Positions 49,831 to 64,000 of a stretch of DNA of 64,000 nt are shown piece by piece. Below the pieces are notes generated by a model, which worked only from the letters and a program-made list of their open reading frames with translations, did no database searches and had not been told where the DNA came from. The translations under genes and the position numbers were made by a program. The stretch's first letter is position 1. Every line of letters begins with the position of its first letter. Source of the stretch: Octopus bimaculoides (taxonomy: Eukaryota); contig NC_068982.1 of the NCBI RefSeq assembly GCF_001194135.2, positions 130,475,013 to 130,539,012 of the forward strand, read 5' to 3'.

Positions 49831-50946
49831 TTGCATTCAAGAGGTGTTCATGTATGCGCGCGCGCACGCACACACACACACACATACACACACTGACAAC
49901 GACATAGTCAACGAGGAAGCATCTACGAGGTGGCTAGATTTGCTAGAAAAATTAACTAAATCACAATTCATACCAAGGACGTACATGATGACAGCATAGT
50001 CTTAGATACCCTATACCTGATAGAAATGATGCGATATGCCAAGGCATAAAGTATTTGGATTATAAGTCTGGGTGATCCTAAAATCAGCACGCACACATAT
50101 ACACAAATACATACGTATATAACACACACACATTTCTCCATATATACTTAGATACATACATATGCATGCCTGTATGTATGTATGTATGTATGTATGTATG
50201 TATGTGTGCGTGTGTACACGCAAGCGCGCGCTACATAGCTTTTATGTTTGTAAGCGCACTTCTCAACGCATACAATACTATGCACTAGAATTCAGATAGA
50301 ACTCAATATCTGGAAAATATTTAATAACACTATTCTGAAGCTTTAAATACTACACAAGCTAGTTGATTCTGGTAGAGAGGCACCTCTCTTAATATGAATT
50401 TATCAGCGTAGTTTGATATTTTGTTGATATCCTGTCTGTATTACATACGGGGTGTCGATGTAGGGACTTCCAGTTTTTCGGGTGTTCACTTTTGTTTAAT
50501 TTGATAGTTTTGATAGCTCTGGCGAGATTTTCAAAGTGAATATAAACCTCAATTTGAACCCGCTTCTGAATGTTTGAGAGAGTCAACATTCTCATTGATC
50601 CGGTCACAGTATCAAAAAAATGCGATATTATTACTAATACCTTCACAACCCAATTTCGCGTTCATTATCATAACTGCGCACTTACCACAGTTCTGCAGCT
50701 CGTAGATGTGCTACTTTGATTTTCTCTACGTCGGGATTAAAGGGAACATCTTAATAGCAGTGATAGTTGTAGAAGTGCGATGGTGGTTCTCAAAATAAAT
50801 ACTTGTTTGAAGATTTTAAGTACAATGACCGAAAATTTATTGCAGATCGTGCATAACTTAATTGATTTATTATGTTTGAAATCATCAAATTTTGATATCA
50901 ATTGTTGAAAAGTTGTGATAAAAGGTTTCTTCTGAATACATACATG

Positions 50947-51001
<55 letters not shown>

Positions 51002-51047
51002 ATATATATATATATATATATACCTGCATGTATATGCATTATTGGTA

Positions 51048-51175
51048 TTATTTACATTTGACGGATATTTGTCCTTATCTTGCTTATTGTTAACACAACG
51101 ATGAGGACAAATATCCGTCAAATTTAAATAATGTAAATAATGTACATAATTCTTCATCTCTTAAATATAGAACTG
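51048..51175. repeat. 32-bp inverted repeat with 20-bp spacer, probable Penelope-like terminal remnant
   Basis: TTATTTACATTTGACGGATATTTGTCCTTATC (51048-51079) is inverted at 51100-51131 with 2 mismatches. PLE link is inference. Confidence 0.7.
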
Positions 51176-51181
51176 CACCAC

Positions 51182-51213
<32 letters not shown>

Positions 51214-51234
51214 NNNNNNNNNNNNNNNNNNNNN
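51214..51234. other. Assembly gap
   Basis: Run of N between (TA)n and (TG)n. Confidence 1.
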
Positions 51235-51278
<44 letters not shown>

Positions 51279-51594
51279 ATGTATGTGTGTGTCCGACGAA
51301 CGGGAACGTGAAACTGAGTAGCAGTTTTTTTGTGATATTTTTGTGTTGTCTTTGCAGCTTTAATAATAATAAAGTATATAGCGATGAATTAGATCCGGCA
51401 CCAACCAGAGTCGATGTAAATTTTGAGAGATCATGGAAATTCCTCCCTATGATGCCCTGATAACAAAGTAAAGTAACGCTGCAAAAAAAAAATTCGAACT
51501 TCAGAATAATAACAATTCTCTGTATTATTGGTGTTCTTTTACGTGTACGAGCATTGGTCTTATATATATTCACAATATTTCACATATTACTATA

Positions 51595-53262
51595 CTGACG
51601 TAAGGGATGTGAACGAAGTCGATTCGCGACATATAATCTCGGACATAACCTTTACTGCTTCAGACATCAAAGCGGCAATAAATGAGATCAAATTCTTCTT
51701 CTTCTGTAGGCCCTGATAGACTTCCCGCTAGTTTCCTGAAAGAATGTAGACACAAACTTGCAGTCCTTCTAATTAACGTCTAGAGAAATTTTTTTAGACT
51801 CAGGTTATATACCGAAACATCTCTTAATCCAGTCTGTTATCCCGGTTTTGAAACAGGGAAACAAACCCCTCGCAGTCAACTATCGCCCAATCTCACTCAC
51901 CTCCTATATCATTAAAGTGTTTGAAACGGTGGTGAGATCAAGGATAGCTTGCTTTCTGGAGATCCACAATCGCCTAAATTCAAACCAGTATGGCTTTCGT
52001 TGCGGCAGGGACTATCTAACACAGTTCTTACACCACATCGATGATATCCTTAAAGCCTTCGGAACTGGTTCGAACTCTGATGTATATCTTGACTTCAGTA
52101 AATCGTTCAACAGAGTCGACAATAATATCCTACTGTCAAAATTGTCAAAAGTTGAAATCCGTGGAAAACTACTACACTGGATTTTCCTGGAGAACAGAAC
52201 ACATGTGATCGGTGGAATCCATTCAAGCCCTGCAAAAGTCACTTGTAGTGTCCCTTGAGGCACTGTCTAGCGCCCGCTTCTTTTGATAGTCTATATAAAC
52301 GACCTTTTCAGCGTCATAAAACACAGCAAAATGAAAATATTCGCTGGTGACTCTAAGCTCCAGAAAATTATCAATGAAGAAGATCGAACTGAATTCCAGT
52401 CTGATCTACATGCTGTGACTCAATGGGCAGACAAAAACGAAATGTATCTAAATGGGAGAAAACTTGAGCTGATGCATTTTGGAAGAAAAACTTTGCTAAA
52501 ACAGCCATATGGCCACTCACAGTATCTAATAACATCAGAGACCTAGGAGTAGTTATTGACAACAATCTTAGCTGAAGTGCCCACATCAATAATAAGGTTG
52601 ATATAGTTTGTTGGATGAGCTCCTGGATCCTAAGAACCTTCCAATCCAGAGAACAAGGTATCATCATTACTCTTTTCTCCTCCCTTATATGGCCTCACCT
52701 CGAATACTCTTCCCCGTATAGTCTCCCCATACAAAACAAAACATTTGGAAAATTGAATCACCCCAGAGGTCATTCACTAAAAGAATTAAGGTCACGACTA
52801 ATCTCGATTATTGAGACTGTCTTAGAGCATTGAAACTCTATTCTCCCCAGTGCTACCGTGAGCGATACATCATTTGCACGATGTGGAGAATATACCACTA
52901 GCATTGCCCAAACGACCTCAACATTCGCTTCAAAATTAATCCAGGGCTAGGATCACAACACATGAATAAACTGCAACACAATTTTTTCCTCAACAGGCCT
53001 TGCCCTATTTTACATTGTTCCGAAACAGATCAAAGAGGAAAACGATCCCATTACCTTTAAACGGAATCGTGATAAATTTCTTCAAGGAATACCAGATAAG
53101 CCACTTATACCTGGATACATCTCACTCAACAAGAATTCCCTACTCGAATGGACCACGATACCACAAAACTTGACTTAAAAAGGATTTAGCTAATCCTATC
53201 AAGCAGTGCTATTAAGTTAGACATGGCCTAAACCAATCTTTGGTCGAAACATATCTAAGTTA
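51595..53262 (+). mobile_element. 5'-truncated CR1-clade LINE (RT domain to 3' end), decayed
   Basis: NYRPISLTS, QYGFR, YLDFSKSFNRVD, SVP*GTV, YINDL, IFAGDSK (FADDTK-like), WPHLEYSS, RERY; multiple stops and frameshifts. Ends with a small stem-loop and TCTAAGT. Confidence 0.92.
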
Positions 53263-53713
53263 TGCAAGGCATGTAAATTCATATAAATAAGATTTCTCGA
53301 CTTATAAAAGAAGATACTCGATGCTTATCTATATGGTCACATAAATAACATTTCAAATAATGACTTTCATTACTTATAACCCTTTATATAAGAATTGAAA
53401 AGAATTACTGAATCCTCGCTTCTCTGTATATATTATGTAATACCATTAAGGAAGTGTCTCGATAAGCATTTGTTGTTAAATAAGGAAAAAGATTCCCCAC
53501 TGAAAACCGGATTCATTTACTCTTAACAGCTAAATAAGTGTTCATAAAACTGAAGCGGAAAGCACTTTTTAGCATTGGTTTTTCGAATTAATGAGTCAGT
53601 CTTCGAAAAAAGTTCTGGTCATAATATATTTCTATTTAAGTGACACTCAGCTTCCCTTGCTTAAGTCATCTTACCGTGCAAAACGATAATACATCTACAT
53701 ACATATACACATA

Positions 53714-53755
<42 letters not shown>

Positions 53756-53865
53756 GAGATCACCATCTTTAAACTCATTCAAATACAATGGTAAAGGACT
53801 AAATAAATAAATTAATGGTGAATAGGAAGGGGGATGCCCCTTCTCTCTCTCCCTTTTCCTATGTG

Positions 53866-53890
53866 TCTGTCTACCTACCTACCTACCTAC

Positions 53891-53931
<41 letters not shown>

Positions 53932-53932
53932 A

Positions 53933-53965
<33 letters not shown>

Positions 53966-53982
53966 CCTGTCTCTCTGCCTGC

Positions 53983-54047
<65 letters not shown>

Positions 54048-54110
54048 AATCTATCTATCTATCTATCTATCTATCAGCCTATCTACCTGCCTATATTTCT
54101 ATCTATCCAT
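53866..54110. repeat. (TCTA)n/(CCTA)n tetranucleotide tract
   Basis: Direct reading. Confidence 0.97.
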
Positions 54111-54354
54111 CTCCATTTTCATGGAACCTCACACAAAAAACAAAAACAATGTTCACTTCTAAACAAAACCCCACAAAAAACATCTGTTTTATATAAATGA
54201 ATAAGCTGTTTGTACATTCACAAAATTTTATTTGACAAGTTCGAGAAAGGAACGAAGGCGCTAATAATAATGAAGAAATAAAAAGATTTTTTTTACAAAA
54301 TTCTGACGTTATTTTTTTTCTCAATATTCAATTTCTGTACATCCCACCTAACAC

Positions 54355-54809
54355 NNNNNNNNNNNNNNNNNNNNNNNNNNNNNNNNNNNNNNNNNNNNNN
54401 NNNNNNNNNNNNNNNNNNNNNNNNNNNNNNNNNNNNNNNNNNNNNNNNNNNNNNNNNNNNNNNNNNNNNNNNNNNNNNNNNNNNNNNNNNNNNNNNNNNN
54501 NNNNNNNNNNNNNNNNNNNNNNNNNNNNNNNNNNNNNNNNNNNNNNNNNNNNNNNNNNNNNNNNNNNNNNNNNNNNNNNNNNNNNNNNNNNNNNNNNNNN
54601 NNNNNNNNNNNNNNNNNNNNNNNNNNNNNNNNNNNNNNNNNNNNNNNNNNNNNNNNNNNNNNNNNNNNNNNNNNNNNNNNNNNNNNNNNNNNNNNNNNNN
54701 NNNNNNNNNNNNNNNNNNNNNNNNNNNNNNNNNNNNNNNNNNNNNNNNNNNNNNNNNNNNNNNNNNNNNNNNNNNNNNNNNNNNNNNNNNNNNNNNNNNN
54801 NNNNNNNNN
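54355..54809. other. Assembly gap
   Basis: Run of N; may hide the 5' half of the following SINE. Confidence 1.
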
Positions 54810-54847
<38 letters not shown>

Positions 54848-55048
54848 TTCCCCCACCATCGCTTGACAACCGATGTGGTGTGTTTACATCCCCGTAACTT
54901 AGTGGTTCGGCAAAGAGACCGATAGAATAAGTACTAGGCTTGCAAAGTATAAGTCCTGGGGTAGATTTGCTCGACTAAAGCCGGTACTCCAGCATGGCCT
55001 CAGTCAGATGACTGAAACAAATAAAAGAAAAAAGAATAAAAAAAGAAT
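54810..55048 (+). mobile_element. SINE family 3 (CORE-like) 3' half after (TG)n
   Basis: TTTGTTCCCCCACCATCGCTTGACAACCGATG..GACTGAAACAAATAAAAGAA with an (AAAAGAAT)-like tail. Confidence 0.88.
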
Positions 55049-55376
55049 GTATGTTTAAAACTCGCACGATATCTGAACAACCACTACATGGAATTATGCA
55101 GCTTATATGTATGCTTAGATATATTCTTGTTTAAACACGCTAGTGCGAAATGCTACGGCATATATTTAGTTTTAAGTGTCATATTTGAACCAAAGATAGG
55201 ACGATAAGGTTCAAAGTCTTGTTGACCTTGCAATTAAATATATGCATCACTGGCCTTAGTTCTTCTAGACCCAAAATCTCTAGAGTCAAGAGATCTCGAG
55301 AATGTAGGCCAAACGTAAGTCTGAAAGTGTACAAATAGTACAAATAGCAAATCTAGCAAGCGTGGAGAGGGGGGAT

Positions 55377-55379
<3 letters not shown>

Positions 55380-55464
<85 letters not shown>

Positions 55465-55478
55465 AGAGAGAGAGAGAG
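55380..55478. repeat. (GA)n microsatellite
   Basis: Direct reading. Confidence 0.97.
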
Positions 55479-56462
55479 GGGAATAGCATTTAAACGCTAT
55501 CCGATTGAAATAAATCACCAAACTACAAGCAATGTGGGAAATTAGATATTTGTAAATGAACGAGTTAAGATGAACACAAAAAGCAACTCTCTAATTAGAT
55601 TTCTCCTCTATTTTCTTCCTCTTTCTCTTCTTTCTATATCTTTTCCTTCGTTCACTCCTTTTCTCTCCCTGACTTTTGCTTTCTTAGAAAAAGCATTTTT
55701 ACTTTGTTGTTGATAAAACTTCATTATATTTTATTACATATTAGTTTTACTAAGCTAAACATTATATAAACTTTTTTTTTCTTATCATAGATGTGCAATG
55801 GTAGTCTTCCGGGTCTAGTTGAATAAACTCTCTTGGAGTGTCTGTTTTCTTGCAGACGCAGATTGACACTTCGTTAATTTCCTTTTCAACGGCTTAAATT
55901 CTGTTGACAAAGCAAAATTATTCACCATCCATTTTATATCACGAAAATTCCAGTCCGGTCAATTTTGATGGAGAATTTATGCAATAAAGGAAGAGAGAAA
56001 AAAAACTGATATTCATAATAAGTTGGTTTTAAGTCGTTAAGAATAACATCAGATTTAGTTTAGTGTTGAAATGTTCTTGAATATAAAAAAAAACAAAAAA
56101 CAATACGATCGTACGAGCAAAGAAAAGGCAAAATTCTTGGGAATAAATCAAATTAAGCTTAGAATGACGTGTTTTCTCTTGAGTCAACAAGTTCAAACAA
56201 ATAAGCGACTACATTGAATGAAATATTGAAGCGACTATATTGAATGAAACTACTTTACAAACCAGAATTAGCGGAATATCGGGATGATATTTAGAAGTTA
56301 GGGCAATACATCACCCCCATAATTGTCTGGTAGTCTAATAATCTATCAACTCGACAATCTACATATTATATTTGATGGGTTCTTTCCTAATACTTAAAAT
56401 ATATTTTACAATAGGAAGAGCTCGATAATACTCTGGCGTTATTATTGCAATATTGACGGCAA

Positions 56463-56860
56463 AGCGGCGAGCTAGAAGAATTGTTAGCATGCCAGACAAA
56501 ATGCATAGCGGCATTTCGTCCATCATTACGTCCTGAGTTCAAATTCCACCAATGTCGAATTTGCCTTTCATCCTTTCGTGGTCGATGAAATAAGTGGCGG
56601 CAGTCAATCCCTTTTCCTTAAAACTGCTGGTAGGTGCCAAAATTTGACATCATTATTATATTTCAGGCAAGGCAGCGAACTGGCAGAATCGTTAGCACGC
56701 CAGACAAAATCCGTAGCGGCATTTCTTTCAAATTTTGCCAAGGTTGACTTCGCCTTTTATCCTATCAGGGTCGGTTAAATAAGTACCAGTTGAGCACTGG
56801 GGTAGATGCAATCGACTTGCTCCCTCCCACCCAAAATTTCAGGCTTTGTAGAAAGAATTA
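56463..56860 (+). mobile_element. Two adjacent SINE family 1 copies
   Basis: 56463-56658 (tail C-like) and 56670-56860 (tail B-like), each with head, core and tail. Confidence 0.85.
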
Positions 56861-57240
56861 TGTCTATCTCTCTAAATTGTTCAGATATCATACTATCTTC
56901 TTTCAGATATCATATCTTTCCCATGGACAACTCCGTTACTCTAATGGAGAAGGGAAGGACCCATATTTATAAGAGAGTAAGACAATGCAGTTTAACGTTC
57001 GTTCTTTTCTTAAGAGTATTAATATATCATTTAGGAATAAAGATTGCATAGAGAAAGTGTCACATTTTAGTTTTGAAGCCGATCTTTCTTTTGTCATTAG
57101 ATATTTGCATGTTAGAGAAAGTACATGTTCTGGCAGCTTCTCTCGTTCTCCTATATATGTGTGAGTGTTAACCAACTATGATCCTCTCTCATCACCATAT
57201 TTTGTAAATGATTATTTTCTGTTCATCTGTCTCCATGTGC

Positions 57241-57287
57241 ACGCGCGCGCACACACACATACACACACACACACACAAAACACACAC

Positions 57288-57332
<45 letters not shown>
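57241..57332. repeat. (CA)n microsatellite
   Basis: Direct reading. Confidence 0.95.
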
Positions 57333-58194
57333 GCATACGCACATATTAGAGCTATATGTTTGTATGCGTAGCAATGAGTGTAGTCCAATTGTGGAAGCAA
57401 AGAAATCCTATATATGTTTAACTGTGAATGAATAACTTTTAAATTGTCGCTCATCAATAGAAAAATATTTATGATTTCATGTCATTTTTCCTCGTAGGAA
57501 ATTATTTCTTACAAATTTCGACGGGTACACAAGTTTACCTCCCAAATTTGATGATCTTGGTGATATATTCAGTGGACTCTAAATCTTATTACTAAAGACC
57601 ACGAAGTTGAGTCATTTACTTAGATAATGATAGATTTTGTATATCTATCACATTCAAAGAAACGTTAGAAAGCCAGTGACCCAATCAACTTTTACCGTTC
57701 CGTTTGACACTGCGAATCAAGTGCAATTACGTGTTGCTGTTAACACCCAGAACTATTAATAGAATATATATTTTAAACTTGAAATGACAGGAGACTTATA
57801 CTTAATGATGGTGTCGCCATTTACGGTAGCAGCAGCCATACTTTTGAGATATTAATAACTTCATTTTAACACATTTAACGCAGTATCCTTCTTTGTAATA
57901 TTCTAAACTGGTTTGAAAAGATATCACAAAATATAAGGAGGGTGATGAAAAAAAAAAATGAAAAACCAGCATAAGAAATGTGGATGATTTGAAAGCTATG
58001 AGATAGTTAGGTGAAAAATGTAAATGTTAATTTTGGGGGCTATAGAATAACGACATCAGTGCTTTTACTTATGTAAAAGATACGAGATATCTGAATCTTG
58101 TGTGAGACAAGACAATTATGGAAAACGCGAGAACACAGATATATGATATGATTAAGGATTTGCTTTTGGCAAAGAGCAGTCAATTAAATCGACA

Positions 58195-58290
58195 TCAGTA
58201 TTTGACTAGTATTACATTTTTATCGACTTCAGAGGGACGAAAGGCAAAGTCAAACTCAGCGTTAGACATAAAGACACAACGAGATGCATT
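58195..58290 (-). mobile_element. Degenerate SINE family 1 fragment
   Basis: TTTTATCGACTTCAGAGGGACGAAAGGCAAAGTCAAACTCAGCG. Confidence 0.6.
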
Positions 58291-58621
58291 TCGTTCTTAA
58301 AATGATGCATAAGACACGGAAGATATTAGAAAATGCTAAAGATGTGAAACACGAAGTTCTGATTTAGCTATTTTCTGACAAGGAAACAAGTGATAAAATG
58401 TATCCAGTAACACACAAATACACACAAGTACACGCGCATACGCTCACTCATACACATTCACAGACACTCTCCTATTCCCAGATGCTATGTGTGCATACAT
58501 ATATATGCATGCGTATACATATACATATGTGCATACGTAACTTATGAAGAAATGGTGGTTTAACTGTGAAACGGGCTTGAATGTTAGATTAATTAATCAA
58601 TTAATTAACAAACCCTCCACC

Positions 58622-58770
58622 CCATTTCTAGCCTTTTCTTTCTTTTTCTTGCCTTTCTCTCTTTTTTCTAGCCTTCTCTCTCTTTTTTCTGGCCTTCTCT
58701 CTTTTTTTAGCTTCTCTCTCCCTCTCTCTTTCTAGCTTCTCCCTCTTCTTCTAGCCTTCTGACTCTTCTT
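58622..58770. repeat. Pyrimidine-rich minisatellite with recurring TTCTAGCC
   Basis: About seven degenerate units with a period of roughly 20-25 bp. Confidence 0.7.
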
Positions 58771-61534
58771 CACGTCATTCTAACATCCTTCAAATGTACA
58801 CCATTACTTTTGTAACCATAGTAACAGTTATAGCGTGTCTGCTTTTGATGTTGATATTGATGTTGATAATGACACTGCTGACGACGACGATGATGATGTT
58901 AATGGTGATTATGATGTTGATAACAACATCGACGCTAGCAAGCAACTTTCTGTTGATAAGAATAAAGATTAGCATCCTTAGCCCCTTGTTAAACATGTGC
59001 TGTCTGCGCCGTTTATCAAGCAACTGTTACTAACCAACCGTGGAGTCGAAGAAAAAAGAGTTTAGCTCCTAAAAAAAGATAAAGATAAATAAAACAGCAC
59101 CATATAACGACTACAATAATCAAATATCGTCTGCCTTCCACCCTTTCACTTCCACAAACACTTCACCACCACTACTATTACGACTGTCTCCCTCGCAAGA
59201 AAAAAAAAGTCGGAAAGTAAAAAGCAATGACTAGATTAGACTAATTAGCGGGAAAATGCTACTGGCTGACAACTGAAGGGCAAAGCCACGAACAGTACGG
59301 TATTTCTGAAATACAGTGGCAGAATTTTCTTGCGGCCAGACAGATAATGTCTGGGCGTGTGTGTGCGCGCACACACACACACACGCACTCACATTCGTAT
59401 GCACATGAATGTGCTGGCTCATTTTGCTCGGCAGCAGTTGTTGGTTGTTGCTGCTGCTGCTGCTGATTAAAAGTCTTAAAATAGTCGTAAAAAAAAAAAA
59501 GAAACGAAAACAGAAATAAGTACAGTGCATTTATCTGAGCGCAGTATCCAGATGGTATAAAAGTAAAGAAGTATTAAAGTACTAGCACCGGAAAGGTTCA
59601 TTATGCATGATGCTAGAGACATTTCCCGACATTGCCACTATTCCTGTAACTCCCTGTATTGTTGATGACAGAACAGTATACCGATTGCTCAGGCACAAAT
59701 AGATATATCAGAAAGGACATCACTGGTATTAAGGTTTGTTGCCGGTCGTTGAAAACCGGAAGCTGCAATATCACGTAAGTGTGACAATCAGGAATATGCC
59801 CGAAAATCACCGTTTAATTCTGACAAGGTATATTCTGTGACAGTGGGACCTTCATTTATGCAATCATGTCAGTGGTTTATTCTAATTCTGGTTCCATTCC
59901 AAATATCTATTAGCCATATTTAAATTTCGTAATCCGCATTACAACACGGGAGGGTATTCCACTAAAGTTACAGCAGTTTAGAAACTCTAACGGATAATTA
60001 TATAAATTATCAATGTTAATTCTATATAAATTATCTTTATCATCTCAGGAATCAATGATTTTCTAAGTGACTGGTTCTCCATCAACTATCATGTTACTTT
60101 CACTTACCACAGCAATTAACAACAACATTGGTACACGAAAGTATCAGTCAGGCTAAGAAATTTGTAGAATCCAATGGGTTACTAAAAGCTTGATTTATTA
60201 CTTCAAGTTTATTCGAGAGATATTTAACACTCCTTGAAAACCCAATCTTACGACTAAAAGAAATAACTCAACTTAGAATGAAGTCTACTTGTTCCCTTCT
60301 CCCACCAACATGGAGCGGAAAGTGACGCCAGTCACGGTTTTTCTCATCTTGTGGTTGCATAGTCAATTTCATTTCCGTCTCTCTCTCTCTTCCAAAATGA
60401 CCGATGGGCCATAACAAAGATCACAACTAAGTTCTGTCTGCTGTCTTTAAAGTAGAAAGTGTTGTGTCGAAGACGGGTAGAAACATCATGATCTCGCCAT
60501 TCATCAAAAGGCGAACCATTTTGCAAACAACCACGAGATATGTTGTCTACGAATATTTTGCATAGTTCAGCATTCAAGGTGTTTCATTCTAACTCATGAA
60601 ATCACAGACCCAGATTAGACTTTCCTTTTGATATCAATTTTGCAGCTTGAATCTGGTGGCTGATGTGAGCACTATTCCAGACTTGTCGAAAGTCTTCTTT
60701 CCCGAGCCGAAGAGCCTACACTAACCAATTTCTCTACAGGTGTTGTTCATCATGGGTATCGGTATTTAGTCTTGGTGCCAGCGGTAGCAATTCATTCATT
60801 CATTCATTCATTCATTCATTAACATACATACATACATATCTATATGAATATACGAGTGTATATACTTATGTTTGTATACGTATATATACAAATGTGAGTG
60901 CATATATATATATATATATATATAGATATGTATCTATATATCTATATATATATATATATATATAGAAAAAAAAAATATATATATATATATATGCCTATAT
61001 GAATATATATATATATATGTATATATATATTTACACATACATATATGTATACGTACACATATAAAGAGGAAGCGATAGATAAATCATGATATACTTGTTA
61101 ATCTACATTATCTGACCGAAGATTAACGTATATGATAAGGTGTGAAAGAAAATTACCTTGATTAAAAAGTGTAAGAGAGAGAGAGGGGGTGGTGGAGAGC
61201 GATGCACAAGCAACGGGATAAAAATGTGAGATAGCATAGTAAATCATGTGAAACATAACCCGGTTCAATTATGATGTCAAATGATTCAAACTTCAAGATA
61301 CCCGTGTCGGTCGGTAAAATATACAGTGACAAAAGCATCGCCATGTGATGGAAAAGAGTCCAGCTGTTGTACACATAGCTAGATTACTCTATTGCTGCAA
61401 ATACTGTTCACTTGATTCGAAACCTTGCTAAGCATATGAACATTTAGCAAAGCTCACATACAAGTATTCATAGGTCTTTTCTTTCTTTCTTTCTTTCTTT
61501 CTGTCTCGTTTTTCGACTCCCATCTCTCTCACTC

Positions 61535-61740
61535 CCCACTCCTGTATAGATGACACCCCACCTTTACTTTTTCATATTCTGTGAACAGGTGCCACATCTC
61601 GAAGACATATTTGAAGACGAACCTTTAGCAAACACAAAATGTTAAGACCTATAAAACATCCTGTAGTGAAGTCGGAGTGCAAACTAATCTCATTGAACAG
61701 CACTAAGACAGAAATGCTGCATATATCCAGAAAGAAAAAA
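61535..61740 (+). pseudogene. Highly decayed CR1/L2-group RT fragment
   Basis: HSCIDDT-HL...*DL*NIL**S...LISLNSTKTEMLHISRK resembles HSYADDxTLH...SDLxxIxxW..NLVSFNASKTQ; frameshifted. Confidence 0.45.
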
Positions 61741-62687
61741 AAGCTCTTCTTTTGAAGACCAACATATATCTCTAATGGTCCCACCAACATACAAGAATTT
61801 CAGCCAGTTCGGATATGCGGCAAGAAGGATTACACTGTATATGTGATTAGTGAAGGATAAGAAGTTCTACAGAAAAGTATCTACAGAAGTCAGGCTTGAT
61901 AATTAATATATTTAGAATGTTTTTGTTTGTGGAATGTTGTTAAATGCTAACTGCATGCATAAATACTCTCGTATATACGTTTCTGTGCACGTAGGTACAT
62001 TTGAGTACATTCCCACATAGTCGTCCATTCATATATAAGAGCGTGAGAGTGTGTACGCGTGTATATGTGTACAAGTAAGTTTGTGCATATAATTGGTTGT
62101 AGTCGTAACGTGTCGGTACACAGAATATGAAAACATTCAGAAAGGGTAGGGGTGAAAACCAAAAAAACGAAAAACAAGTACCTCCTGGAGAAATAACACA
62201 ACCACAGCGTTTTCTGTTATCATATCTTATCAACCAACCAAAGAAAAGCAGAACTAAATTTAGTTGTTAAAAACATTGCTGGCAATGTGAAGAGAGTGTT
62301 GGAGATGTGTGTACAGTGGATCGAGAAGAAACGAAGACAAGAGTGTGAGGAAGGAGAATTATGCTGAACATTAGATCGCATATTGATGATTACCCTGTCG
62401 TTTCAATGTCGAGCAAGAGTAAGATGCGGGAGTGTAGTAATATGTAGCTAACAGAATTCTTTAAACAAAACTTATGTTATTCTAAAAATCCATCCAGCAA
62501 ACTGCTACAAAAAAATTGCTGAGTTAGAACTAAATGCCAGCAGCGCCGTATTTTCTGAAATAATAATAATAAAAATAATGTTTACTAACACTGGCACGAG
62601 GCGATTAATTTTGAGGGAGAAATGTAGTTGATTTAATTGGTTCCTGGATATAACGAGTACGACTCCGAAAGGCAGTCTTAAGGATTT

Positions 62688-63162
<475 letters not shown>

Positions 63163-63369
63163 ATATGAGTATGAAATCGTAAAATTTGCAGGGCTTGTTG
63201 TCGATTAGATCGACACTTGTATATGAGAATGTAAGGCGAATTTGACCTGATGAGTTTGGTTTTCATCTCTGAACGTAAAGCACTGTACCTTTATACCGCA
63301 AAGTATATCTGTTCACCGTTCTATGGTGTCTGAGTGACTGCTAGCCACCACAGAATGATGAATGACATG

Positions 63370-63550
63370 GGATGGACAGAATCGTTAGAGCTTTGATATT
63401 TAGTTGCAGTTCTACATGTTCTGAGTTGGAATCCTATGGAAATGAAAATTGTCGCTCAACCGCCTAAAGTCGATAAAATAAAACTATCAGTCAAATACTG
63501 GTGAAAGGTGGTGGGGTCAACTTAATCGATTGTAACTTGCTTTAAGATTC
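63370..63550 (+). mobile_element. Degenerate SINE family 1 copy
   Basis: ACAGAATCGTTAGAGC..GTTCTGAGTTGGAATCC..GTCGATAAAATAAAAC..GGGGTCAACTTAATCGA. Confidence 0.55.
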
Positions 63551-63586
63551 TCGGCCGCGTTTCTATACTAGAAGAAATTTATATGA

Positions 63587-63685
63587 CTGACGACGACGAC
63601 GACGACGACGATGATGATGATGATGATGATAATGGTGGTGGTGGTGGTGACGACAACGACGATGATGAAGGCAATGATGATGGTC
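63587..63685. repeat. Compound (GAC)/(GAT)/(GGT) trinucleotide repeat
   Basis: Direct reading. Confidence 0.95.
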
Positions 63686-64000
63686 GTTAGTTATGCTTCT
63701 TTTATGAAAACACCGTAGAGTCAGAAGTAAATTTCCTGAAAGCCAAAACATTTGTGTAGCAGTTTCGATTTTCGATTCACTAAACGTACTTAACTAAACG
63801 ATTGAGAAATGTCTCTCATTTTTCTTTCTCACTTCAATATGAAGCGTGGTGATTGTGTATGAAATAGTAATTGCTTTTGCTATTGTATCTATTGTTGTTC
63901 TTGCTTGCTGCAATCGCCAAGATACGATTTCCCTGGGAAAAACAATGTCACGTCCTCGTATTTCCTTTTCTTTATAAAACACACGTTTTGTACCCGTATA

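Noticed and set aside
50441-50480. TACGGGGTGTC as a Tc1/mariner terminus
   Set aside because: No partner TIR or transposase remnant found nearby.
58790-59033. Hydrophobic ORFs on both strands
   Set aside because: Degenerate (GAT/GAC)n low-complexity sequence.
59336-59354. Hairpin CCAGACA-GATAA-TGTCTGG
   Set aside because: Short stem with no supporting context.
60344-60577. 77-aa minus-strand ORF with mixed composition
   Set aside because: No recognisable domain and no splice signals that fit.
61589-61645. Apparent terminal exon VPHLEDIFEDEPLANTKC* after an acceptor
   Set aside because: It lies between two RT-like motifs and is better explained as decayed LINE sequence.
63246-63280. CTGATGAG...GAACGTA as a second hammerhead
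   Set aside because: No helix II and no GAAA; the reverse complement matches a degenerate SINE family 1 B-box region.
63563-63751. Poly-His/Arg ORF
   Set aside because: Translation of compound trinucleotide repeats.

Overview
AT-rich, repeat-dense eukaryotic DNA with seven N-gaps, mostly next to microsatellites. The SINE families and repeat landscape point to an octopus genome (inference from remembered repeat sequences, not a database search). No host protein-coding gene can be supported; the window looks like a long intron or intergenic region. Recognisable coding sequence is all transposon-derived: a Tx1/L1-type ORF1 with a CCHC knuckle, a DD37D maT transposase, a rearranged mariner, an internally deleted Academ with about 500-bp TIRs and an ATT TSD, and CR1-group RT remnants. 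The best lead is at 4.1-7.5 kb. An ORF1-only non-LTR element sits inside a SINE at CGGTAT, between the SINE A and B boxes. It ends in the same 3' stem-loop tail as that SINE, and a neighbouring SINE dimer has its junction at the same site. This suggests a LINE/SINE partnership that targets its own SINE. Other leads are a minus-strand recursive-splice-like site (AG|GTAAGT), a Penelope-type hammerhead-like motif and several hairpin MITEs.
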